Below are positions 18,343 to 26,376 of a stretch of DNA of 64,000 bases, piece after piece. This DNA is from an uncultured bacterium (lineage in GTDB: Bacteria > Patescibacteriota > Patescibacteriia > Patescibacteriales > UBA12465): contig OW818634.1 of assembly GCA_942492765.1 (NCBI GenBank), forward strand, positions 473,159 to 537,158, read 5' to 3'. The notes beneath the pieces are model-generated. The model saw nothing but the letters and a program-made list of their open reading frames with translations, did no database searches and was not told where the DNA came from. The first letter of the stretch is position 1, and each line of letters starts with the position of its first letter. The position numbers were made by a program, and so were the translations under genes.

Positions 18343-18437
18343 CGAGAAAAGAGGGCAATATAAACAAAAAACCATAAGCTTAGTGTTTATGGTCTTATGA
18401 TAACGAATTAAGTTTTAGCAATATATCCCCGGTAAAA

Positions 18438-19112
18438 TTATTTTACTTGTCCGGTCAGTTTCTTGGAATAATCCAGGAGTCTTTTAATAATTTTAGCGAT
18501 ATCTTGATAACCGAGGGTTTTGTCGGGGTATTTTTCATTAATTATCGAGGCAATTTCCTTGTCTTTTTTGCCGTTTTGGCGTAACCGGTATGTTTCCAGG
18601 TCTCGGACGATATTAGTCCGTGGCGAGGCTTTTAGGGGCTTATGATCGGACAATCTAACGACTGTCCGTCTTATTTCATTCCAATTATTTTGCAGTTCCG
18701 TGATAGTCGTTTCCGGATTTAAGCGGATAACGGTAAATTGCTCTTTAGGGTTGGACGGATTTTTAATATTAAAAGGATAAAGTTCCTCGGGCAGACCAGA
18801 ATAGCTGATAATATCTCGTTGTTCAATAAAATCTTTTAATGAAGTCTGATAAGCGGAGGACAAATGATATTTTAATCGCAAGTCGGAAACAGCTTTATCA
18901 TAATTAACCGTAAACTGATGAACATCGTCGAGATTTTTTATTTTAATTGTCGTTTTTACAGATTCAGACAAATTAATATAGTTCTCCATCCCCTCCCCGG
19001 GAACATATAATTTAAGTATCGGCACATTTTCTCGGATGTATTGGATGTCAGCTCTAAAACCCTCATTCGTGGCATAAATTATATGGATATTTTGAGAAAA
19101 ATTAGAGGGCAT
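18438..19112 (-). CDS. hypothetical protein, third gene of the XRE-ImmA operon
   Basis: 224-aa ORF starting 4 nt after the ImmA stop. C-terminal segment RDLETYRLRQNGKKDKEIASIINEKY...IAKIIKRL looks HTH-like. No recognisable catalytic motif. Confidence 0.55.
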   Translation of the reverse strand: MPSNFSQNIHIIYATNEGFRADIQYIRENVPILKLYVPGEGMENYINLSESVKTTIKIKNLDDVHQFTVNYDKAVSDLRLKYHLSSAYQTSLKDFIEQRDIISYSGLPEELYPFNIKNPSNPKEQFTVIRLNPETTITELQNNWNEIRRTVVRLSDHKPLKASPRTNIVRDLETYRLRQNGKKDKEIASIINEKYPDKTLGYQDIAKIIKRLLDYSKKLTGQVK

Positions 19113-19116
19113 AATT

Positions 19117-19623
19117 TCAAGAAATATTTTTTATTAATTTCTCATTAATTACTTTGTGCCAAAGAGCTTCATCGCTAACAATGTACCTATTTGCTAATAA
19201 TTTCATATCCTTTTTACCATTTTCGATATCCTTCTTTAACATGCTTGTTGGCATCAATAACTCGGCGGCGAATTGATTTGCCTCAGTTTCTTCCGGCTTA
19301 TTACTATCTGAATCTAAATATACATGAGAAGTGGTGTGTCTGAGAATCATGTGACCTATTTCATGAGCTACTGTAAATCTTTGACGATGGATATTCTTAT
19401 TATCATTATAACCAATAACTGGTTTCCCGTTATTATCTATTTGAATACCATCAGTTTTATCACCTAAATCCCATTTATAAACTTCTAAGCTATATTTATT
19501 TTTTAAAAAAGGGATAATAGTGTTTAAAAGAATCGGCGGCTCTAAAATACCTAATTCTTCAATTAATTCCTTAGCTAGTTTTCTAGCTAAAATAATTCTT
19601 GGGGTAATTTTATCTTCAGGCAT
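19117..19623 (-). CDS. ImmA/IrrE family zinc metallopeptidase
   Basis: HEIGHMILRH (HExxH) followed by EANQFAAELLMP, the M78/COG2856 signature. 8-nt overlap with the upstream XRE gene. Confidence 0.85.
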   Translation of the reverse strand: MPEDKITPRIILARKLAKELIEELGILEPPILLNTIIPFLKNKYSLEVYKWDLGDKTDGIQIDNNGKPVIGYNDNKNIHRQRFTVAHEIGHMILRHTTSHVYLDSDSNKPEETEANQFAAELLMPTSMLKKDIENGKKDMKLLANRYIVSDEALWHKVINEKLIKNIS

Positions 19624-19948
19624 CTTTTTGTTTTTTTATAAAATCGACAAAGTCCATTATTTGTTTCTGATCTTTTGGCGTCAAATCTTTATCTGACCTC
19701 AAGGCCGCTCTAAAGCTAGGGGTTTCATCCTTACCTAAAAAAAACTTAATGTCCCTATGCAAGAACTCGGCAAACTTATCAAGGTCGTCGACGGAAACCT
19801 TTCTGTCCCCCGCCTCAATCAATGATATTGCTGTGGCCGACTCGAAGCCTACATGTTCGGCCAAATCTTTTTGAGAAATACCAGCCGCATCTCTTGCCTC
19901 TTTAATTCTAGCCCCTATTAATTTATATGGGTTTTCTTCATTTTTCAT
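19616..19948 (-). CDS. XRE-family helix-turn-helix transcriptional regulator
   Basis: IGARIKEARDAAGISQKDLAEHVGFESATAISLIEAGDRKVS is a typical HTH_3. Confidence 0.85.
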   Translation of the reverse strand: MKNEENPYKLIGARIKEARDAAGISQKDLAEHVGFESATAISLIEAGDRKVSVDDLDKFAEFLHRDIKFFLGKDETPSFRAALRSDKDLTPKDQKQIMDFVDFIKKQKDA

Positions 19949-19966
19949 ATTGATAAATTTTTATTT

Positions 19967-20005
19967 TCAAATTGACTTGACAAATCTATTTCAATTTGAT
20001 AATAT
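19967..20005 (+). promoter_or_regulatory. sigma70-like promoter bracketed by a 9-bp inverted repeat (candidate XRE operator)
   Basis: -35 TTGACA 19977-19982, 17-nt spacer, -10 TAATAT 20000-20005. TCAAATTGA (19967-19975) and TCAATTTGA (19991-19999) are exact reverse complements. Confidence 0.6.
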
Positions 20006-20073
20006 TATATTAGCAAAAAGAAAACCACTTGTAAAGGCCGATGGTTTTCCACTAATTAACCTAGAGCAAAAAT

Positions 20074-20400
20074 ATGATCTACCAATACAAAGGAAATTAC
20101 GTCTATAATAAACTCTCAATAACACAATATGCCAGCGATGGCATAGGGGTATATTATTGCGGCAGCAAAAACGCTGATGGTTCCCTGTTCCCCCTATACA
20201 TAGGCCGAGCAAAAGGAGAAAATGTCTCTATAAAAAGCAGACTTCTTGATCATTTTAGAGACGACAACTGGTCTGATGTTAGTATTTTTGGCTATCGTGA
20301 ATGTACCACGATGAAAGAAGCGGAAGATTTAGAAGCCGCAGAAATAGCAAAATTCAAGCCAAAATATAACACCCAGCTAAAAGCTATCAGATACTTCTAA
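20074..20400 (+). CDS. small stand-alone GIY-YIG nuclease-domain protein
   Basis: GVYYCG ... LYIGRA ... SRLLDH ... EAEDLEAAEI ... KPKYN reproduce the GIY, YIG, Arg, Glu and Asn positions of the fold. 108 aa. Confidence 0.6.
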   Translation: MIYQYKGNYVYNKLSITQYASDGIGVYYCGSKNADGSLFPLYIGRAKGENVSIKSRLLDHFRDDNWSDVSIFGYRECTTMKEAEDLEAAEIAKFKPKYNTQLKAIRYF

Positions 20401-20415
20401 AAGCTAACCAACTAA

Positions 20416-20446
20416 AGCCGTTCTATCTCACAGAGCGGCTTTTTTA
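20416..20446. terminator. bidirectional terminator between the GIY-YIG ORF and res
   Basis: AGCCGTTCT-atctcac-AGAGCGGCT followed by TTTTTT. Confidence 0.65.
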
Positions 20447-20450
20447 TTAT

Positions 20451-22685
20451 TTATAACTCCAAAAATTTCCAGTCTTTCAGATCGTTGGGGTTATATTCGT
20501 ATTTTAATCCATTATGATAACGCCAACTATTTTTTTCTTTTAGAACGATTCCACCGTAAAGTTTTTTGCCTTTTTTATTATGCTCGGCAATATATTTTGC
20601 CAAGCCCTCGGCTCGTGATTTAGCTGTTTCGGCGGTTAACCCACCTTTTGTATCAAATAAGCCGATGTGTCCGTCTTTTTGCATTATTACAAAATCAATA
20701 TAAAACGGTTTTTCAATTCCATGCTCTGTATGCGGTACCGCAAAATATGATCCGTCTTTTGTCCCATTCTTAAACCACCACTCAATAGATTTTGCTTTTT
20801 CTAAATATTGAATAAAATCGACTTCTAAATCGCTATCTTCTTCAAATAAACTAGCCGTCCCTATGCCCGATTTCTTTGTGTAATAAGCCTGTATTACAGA
20901 TTTTTTATAATCTTTTTTCGCAAAAGACAATGTATAATTTATTACTTTAGGAACATCCCATGACTCTTCATTTTTTACCAATTCATTTTTTCCTTTGCCA
21001 ACTTCTTCTTGATACATCTCTTTTGCGAGATTAATAACGTCAACCATTATTTGACGATTTTCCTCGGCAAGAACGGCCGCCTGAATCTTGGGCCATTCGT
21101 CTTCATTCCGAGAGGCCTCAAAAAATGAATAAATCGAACTTTTTATACGACCGATAGAGCGTTGTTCCGGTTCAAATGGGGCAAGATTATTTCGAGCAAA
21201 CATATCAAAAGCATTTTGCAATTCAACTTCATTTTTAGGTATATCAAGAGTGCCTTTTTTATCTATACTCGCCATTTCTTTATCGACATCCGCAATATGA
21301 CCACTCGCAATAAGGCTAGTTTTTAATATGCTGTGCTTAAATGAAAACTTTTCTTTGAGTTTTAACTTCTTGCCCGCCTCGATAAATAGAGGAGTAAAAT
21401 CAGACGAAAGACGAGTTTCTTCTCGAAAACGTTTTGAGTGATAAGAAACTAAACCGAGATTTTTATAATTTTTAATCCTATACCCCGTGTAAGTAGTAAT
21501 ATAATCACGAGATAAATCTTCTGCAACTTTTATATCTTGTAAACTTGTAAAAACATAACCGACATTTAAATCTTGATCTGAATAATGCCTTTGCTCCGGC
21601 ATACGCATAATACGTCCTAGTGTTTGGATAGAAAAAGTTATATTTTCCTCTCGCCATTGCCTAAATAAAACCAAGATTGTCGCCCGAGGACAATCCCAAC
21701 CAAGCGAGATTGCCTGTTTGAATATCATCACCTCAACTTCATTTTCATTCTTTTCTATATTGGCCAGATTTATTTTATTATCTTTATCTGAAAGATAAAT
21801 AGCGAGCCTGCCATTCTCCGTCGTATAACCAAATTTCTTAAGTAAAGCAAGAATCTCATCCTTTTTATCGACCACGCCCTGCATTGCATCCGGCAATTGG
21901 ATTAATAATAAAGGATTTACATCCGACCCCTCCGCCTCAAGATTTTTCCGTAATTCAAGTCGTTTTTTTATTGCACTTTCTAACACGAGTTCATCAGCAG
22001 ATTTATCGCTCTTCTTTTTATCTATTATATAATTCTCAAATCCGGGGTTGATAATAATTTCTTTCTTAATCATCTCCTCGTCTTTTACATCTTTAAGTTC
22101 CACTTCAACAATTCTATTAGCATTATTGAGTTGTGGGGTGGCGGAAACTTCTATTGTAATTTTAGGGCCAATATCCTGTATTAATTCTTTCGACTTCTCG
22201 CTATTAGCTGTATGATGGCTTTCATCTATAATGAGAAAAATTATTCTGCCCTCGTCTTTTGTGCGAGAAATAATATTTGAAAGATTATTATCCCTCTCGT
22301 TAGCACGAATATATAAATTGTCCTTTTTATTAATACTTGCCCAGTTTAAAAACAAAATCTCATTTTCACTAATTTTTCTATCATCTAAATCTTCAAAGTA
22401 AGAGCATTTTATACCTACGCCGTTTTGGTCGTAATATTTTTTAAGATTGTTTCGACTTTGGTCGTGTAATTTGTTGACAGCAATCCAAATAAACGAAAAC
22501 TTTTTACCATCTATACGAGAATCTACTAATCTTTTTAAAAATTCCGCCATCATCAGCGTTTTGCCGGAACCGGTCGGTGCTTTAAAAATTAATACCTTGT
22601 CACCGTCTGTATCTAAAAGTCTATTGGTCTCACGCTTGAGATCAACGACGGCGTTCTCTTGATAATTTTTAAATTCAAATATCAT
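20451..22685 (-). CDS. res: Type III restriction enzyme Res subunit (helicase + PD-(D/E)xK nuclease)
   Basis: SF2 motifs FKAPTGSGKTLMMA and LIIDESHH. C-terminal PFYIDFVIMQKDGHIGLFDTKGG is nuclease-like. ATG at 22685 preferred; the track start 22739 is TTG and overlaps the upstream ORF. Confidence 0.8.
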   Translation of the reverse strand: MIFEFKNYQENAVVDLKRETNRLLDTDGDKVLIFKAPTGSGKTLMMAEFLKRLVDSRIDGKKFSFIWIAVNKLHDQSRNNLKKYYDQNGVGIKCSYFEDLDDRKISENEILFLNWASINKKDNLYIRANERDNNLSNIISRTKDEGRIIFLIIDESHHTANSEKSKELIQDIGPKITIEVSATPQLNNANRIVEVELKDVKDEEMIKKEIIINPGFENYIIDKKKSDKSADELVLESAIKKRLELRKNLEAEGSDVNPLLLIQLPDAMQGVVDKKDEILALLKKFGYTTENGRLAIYLSDKDNKINLANIEKNENEVEVMIFKQAISLGWDCPRATILVLFRQWREENITFSIQTLGRIMRMPEQRHYSDQDLNVGYVFTSLQDIKVAEDLSRDYITTYTGYRIKNYKNLGLVSYHSKRFREETRLSSDFTPLFIEAGKKLKLKEKFSFKHSILKTSLIASGHIADVDKEMASIDKKGTLDIPKNEVELQNAFDMFARNNLAPFEPEQRSIGRIKSSIYSFFEASRNEDEWPKIQAAVLAEENRQIMVDVINLAKEMYQEEVGKGKNELVKNEESWDVPKVINYTLSFAKKDYKKSVIQAYYTKKSGIGTASLFEEDSDLEVDFIQYLEKAKSIEWWFKNGTKDGSYFAVPHTEHGIEKPFYIDFVIMQKDGHIGLFDTKGGLTAETAKSRAEGLAKYIAEHNKKGKKLYGGIVLKEKNSWRYHNGLKYEYNPNDLKDWKFLEL

Positions 22686-22704
22686 ATATTCTATTAATTT
22701 TTCT

Positions 22705-23442
22705 TTAAAATACTGTTTTTGATATCTTTTCAACTCCAATAATTAGCTCTTCAATATCTTCTTGTTTCGGTTCAACTTTTTTATCATGGTCACATAAGTT
22801 TCGCAAATCAGCTAATCTCTGAATATAACGCCAATCTTTAACTTCAATAATATCAGCATCTTTAATGGACTGATTATAATCATTTATCGTTGAATTCTTT
22901 TTTAAAATTTTGACATTATGATTATCACAAACCTCTGATAAGTGTTTTTCTAAAACAACGCCAGCTACGGCTCCGGCTCCACGAGCAAAACCCTTTTTAT
23001 TTAACTCCTTAGCCACTTCTAATTCTGAATCAAATAAATCAGCTTGCATTAACTGTTTTATATCAAAAAGGGAACTTTCAAATCTCTTTTGACACGACTT
23101 AATTATTGTTAATTGATTAACAAAAAATGATCTTGCAAAATCAACTTGTTTTGCTGGCTTATAATCAAACTCAACCATCACTCCCTCACTCCTTGGTGGT
23201 GTATAAATTAGAGCCTTTTTCAAAGCATCATTCTTTTTATTTTCATAATAATTTTTAAAATCATCTAATCTATCTGATAAAACTACTTTTACCAAATATA
23301 ATGCCTCCGAATACCAAATTTCATATTCTTCTCGAAATTTCAATAAATTATTATTATCTCCCTTTAGAATACCCAACAAAACATCTCCTTCTTGTACGAG
23401 TTTTTCTATATCATTCTTATATCTTTCTAAATTAAAAACCAT
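22705..23442 (-). CDS. hypothetical protein with C-terminal HEPN-like Rx4H motif, inserted between mod and res
   Basis: 245-aa ORF, 5 nt after the mod stop and 19 nt before the res ATG. ...GAGAVAGVVLEKHLSEV... then LADLRNLCDHD (R214-x4-H219, nt 22803-22786). Confidence 0.55.
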   Translation of the reverse strand: MVFNLERYKNDIEKLVQEGDVLLGILKGDNNNLLKFREEYEIWYSEALYLVKVVLSDRLDDFKNYYENKKNDALKKALIYTPPRSEGVMVEFDYKPAKQVDFARSFFVNQLTIIKSCQKRFESSLFDIKQLMQADLFDSELEVAKELNKKGFARGAGAVAGVVLEKHLSEVCDNHNVKILKKNSTINDYNQSIKDADIIEVKDWRYIQRLADLRNLCDHDKKVEPKQEDIEELIIGVEKISKTVF

Positions 23443-23447
23443 AATAA

Positions 23448-25181
23448 TTACTTAAAAATTTCCCTGTACACTTTCAATATCACCTCCGGAATTGCACATA
23501 ATGTCACTTTTTTCTTTATATCAGCAAACTTTTTCGCATGAGGGTCGTCTCCCATTGAAAAAACATAAGTGTTAAAATGCCCGTCAATATTTTTTATTAC
23601 TTTTTTATAATCATCTATTGCTTCCTCATAAAAAATAACACCAACGTATTTATCTGTATTCTTAAAAATTTTATATTCCGGAGTTTCTTTTATAGGTTCA
23701 AAAGCGTTCTCTAAAATACAGAGCATATCAGTAGATTCTTTAACTAGTTTTCTCTTATTTTTATCTGTTGGTTCTGCTTCAACAAAATCTGTTTTATAAT
23801 ATTTAAGATTTCCTCCCAACCCGTCTATCTTTTCATTCTTCTGATTTTTATAACCGGTAATTATTTTCTTTACACGTGGATAACAAATTTCTGTACAAAT
23901 TTCACCCTGATTATCAGTACAAAGAATAAAATTAAATTTACTTTTATTATCTTTATTGATTTCTAACACAGCTTGTCCTGTTGTGCCTGACCCAGCAAAA
24001 AAATCAAGAATAGTGGCATTTTTATTTAAATCAACTGAATTAATTAGTCTTTTAATAATCTCCGTCGGCTTGGAATACTTAAATACGTGATGATCAAAAA
24101 TATCTTTTATAATAACGGAACCTTCGCCTGTTTTTATATCTGTTATTATATTCTTATAAGGGGTGCCTCTATCCAACTTATTTCCTTCATTATCAACAAA
24201 TAAATAATTCTTATAATAAACTGCCCAACCGCTTTTTTTAGTTTTAGATTTTTTAAAGACTATATAACCATTCTTAATACCCCACTGAACTTTTTCCTTG
24301 CCCCATTTCCATGTCCAACCATCATTAATAAACTTTGCTCTTCCGTTTGGATAACTAATGCTCCCATCTGGACAACTTATTGGATAATTTAATGAGTCAC
24401 TATATCTTAAGCCACCTCTATCGAGATTATCTACATAATGAGGACCCCTATCGGCGAAATAATCATCTCGTAATTTATAACGATTTACATCATACCCCTC
24501 AACATTCTTATTAAATTTCGTATTATTTATATTTCGTGCATAGACTAAAATATATTCTGTTACCGTGTCTATTGTTCTTGCATCGCTTGACCCAGTTTTA
24601 CTATGCCAAATAATATTTGCAATAAAATTTTCTGGTCCGAAAATCTCATCACAAAGCATTTTTAAAGGAGCTTGCTCATTATCATCAATACTAATAAAAA
24701 TTACCCCGCTCGCTTTCAAAAGATTTTTTGAAAGCTTCAAACGCTTTTCCATAAATGAAAGCCATTTACTGTGCCTAAAACTGTCCTCTTTATCAACAAA
24801 TTTATCATTATAGATAAAATCATTGTTGCCGGTATTATACGGCGGATCAATATATATTAAATCAATTGCCTCTTGGTGTGTAAAATTTAAAACAGCGAGC
24901 GAATGATAATTATCGCCCTCAATCAAAAAATTCACGAGCTTTGTTTTATCCGATTCAATAGCCTTATTCTTCACCTCTTTTAAAATAGGAAATGGCCGAC
25001 CCGCCATTTCATTTGGGAACATCTCATTTGGAGTACGAGCGTCTGGATTGACTAAAATATCTATTTTTTCTTCCGGCAAATCTCTGTGCCAAACAAGCCC
25101 ATATGTTGTGCTTTTAATTTTAATAATCTCTTTTATTAATTCTTCATTCGACCACCCTTCGTAATTCGTCTTTTTTGACAT
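23448..25181 (-). CDS. mod: Type III-style DNA methyltransferase (Mod; N6A/N4C beta class)
   Basis: LIYIDPPYNTG (motif IV) precedes FFAGSGTTGQAV (motif I), with the TRD between them. ATG at 25181 (MSKKTNYEGW...); track start 25244 is an upstream extension. Confidence 0.85.
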   Translation of the reverse strand: MSKKTNYEGWSNEELIKEIIKIKSTTYGLVWHRDLPEEKIDILVNPDARTPNEMFPNEMAGRPFPILKEVKNKAIESDKTKLVNFLIEGDNYHSLAVLNFTHQEAIDLIYIDPPYNTGNNDFIYNDKFVDKEDSFRHSKWLSFMEKRLKLSKNLLKASGVIFISIDDNEQAPLKMLCDEIFGPENFIANIIWHSKTGSSDARTIDTVTEYILVYARNINNTKFNKNVEGYDVNRYKLRDDYFADRGPHYVDNLDRGGLRYSDSLNYPISCPDGSISYPNGRAKFINDGWTWKWGKEKVQWGIKNGYIVFKKSKTKKSGWAVYYKNYLFVDNEGNKLDRGTPYKNIITDIKTGEGSVIIKDIFDHHVFKYSKPTEIIKRLINSVDLNKNATILDFFAGSGTTGQAVLEINKDNKSKFNFILCTDNQGEICTEICYPRVKKIITGYKNQKNEKIDGLGGNLKYYKTDFVEAEPTDKNKRKLVKESTDMLCILENAFEPIKETPEYKIFKNTDKYVGVIFYEEAIDDYKKVIKNIDGHFNTYVFSMGDDPHAKKFADIKKKVTLCAIPEVILKVYREIFK

Positions 25182-25232
25182 AAAAAAAAATAATAAATCC
25201 CCCGTCAAATCAACGGCAATAAATATATTCTT

Positions 25233-25293
25233 ATTATAACACAAAAAATCTGTGACGAAAACGGTTGTCTTTAAGCCAATTTTGTGTTATAAT
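25233..25293. promoter_or_regulatory. mirrored pair of divergent extended -10 promoters (14-bp perfect inverted repeat)
   Basis: TTTTGTGTTATAAT occurs on the plus strand at 25280-25293 (with -35 TTGTCT 25265-25270, 17-nt spacer). Its exact reverse complement is at 25233-25246, facing mod. Confidence 0.65.
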
Positions 25294-25337
25294 TAAAGTA
25301 GTTTTAGATAAAAATATGATAAAAAAATAATAATTAT

Positions 25338-26225
25338 ATGGGAATTATCTCTTTGTTTATTTCTATAAAAACCGTAACGGTCGTCATATTTCTTCTAATT
25401 CTTTTTGCTTTAATAATAAAATTTCTATTTTCAAAAAAATCGGAAAGCAATATTATTAAAATTATCGGCGGATTAGTAGTCTTTATCGTTGCCATAATTT
25501 CAGACAATGGCTGGGTATTTTGGACCTCACTTTTTATTGGGGGGTTAATTATTGCCAGTGAAGACTTTATGAAATTTTTAGTTGCCATATTAAAAACACG
25601 TGGTGATAAAATTTCCGATACAGTTGCCTCTTTTGGAGCCACCAGAGAAGAGCCGGCGACACCGCAGGAAGACGATGAAAAAAAGAACGAAGAATTTAAG
25701 GACATTGTTCCCGAAAAAGAAATAACTGATCACGCTAACCGAGAAGATAGTCATCGAGATTGGATAAAAAAAACAAGAATATCAGAGGAACTTGTTTTAA
25801 ATTATTATAAAGAAATATTCAATAGAGTCATAGAAAAACAAATTAAAATTACAGACGAAAACTCTAATTTTATAATTGCTGACGGAATTTTAAAAAATGA
25901 TATTGGCAAAATTATAACCATTTTTGAAATTAAATTTTTAAGAAAATTCGACCCATTCATGATTAATATTAATATAAGAAGAACTCTTGAAAGAATGAGA
26001 TTTATTGTACCAAGTGATGTAATAATATCTCTAAATATTGTTTTTGAGGGCGATGTCGACGAACGAAGCTTGGATAGAATTTTTAATAGACTTACATACA
26101 AAAATTTTCAATTAATTTTATTTAAACTTAAAGATGAGAAAATAAATAAAATTGCCCAAAATGTAATGCGTAACGATAGTGTCCTAAAGCATTCTTTAAG
26201 CAATACAAATAAGTCATTTTATTAA
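25338..26225 (+). CDS. membrane-anchored protein with C-terminal PD-(D/E)xK-like motif
   Basis: Three N-terminal hydrophobic helices, an acidic linker, then NFIIADGIL-x11-IFEIKF (D182, E197, K199; nt 25881-25934). No other recognisable domain. Confidence 0.5.
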   Translation: MGIISLFISIKTVTVVIFLLILFALIIKFLFSKKSESNIIKIIGGLVVFIVAIISDNGWVFWTSLFIGGLIIASEDFMKFLVAILKTRGDKISDTVASFGATREEPATPQEDDEKKNEEFKDIVPEKEITDHANREDSHRDWIKKTRISEELVLNYYKEIFNRVIEKQIKITDENSNFIIADGILKNDIGKIITIFEIKFLRKFDPFMININIRRTLERMRFIVPSDVIISLNIVFEGDVDERSLDRIFNRLTYKNFQLILFKLKDEKINKIAQNVMRNDSVLKHSLSNTNKSFY

Positions 26226-26323
26226 AAACTCCTAACAACGCCCCAAAAACTCCGCCCAATACTTAATTTCCTCAATAATTTCGTCTAAAGAGTTGGAAAT
26301 CCGTTTTTTAACGACCACAAAAT

Positions 26324-26356
26324 AAAAAACCTCCAAATTTCTTTGGAGGTTTTTTT
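26324..26356. terminator. bidirectional rho-independent terminator
   Basis: AAAAAA-CCTCCAAA-tttc-TTTGGAGG-TTTTTTT. Confidence 0.8.
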
Positions 26357-26376
26357 AGAATGTTCAAATCTTAAAA

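Larger units (their letters stand above)
15214..26360. mobile_element. integrated plasmid-like element (serine recombinase + rolling-circle Rep + restriction/defence cargo) at tRNA-Ala
   Basis: Starts directly 3' of the tRNA. Visibly AT-richer than the flanks. Contains recombinase, HUH Rep, XRE/ImmA and a Type III R-M. No virion genes. The right boundary is approximate, placed at the bidirectional terminator near 26.33 kb where host-like composition resumes. Confidence 0.7.
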
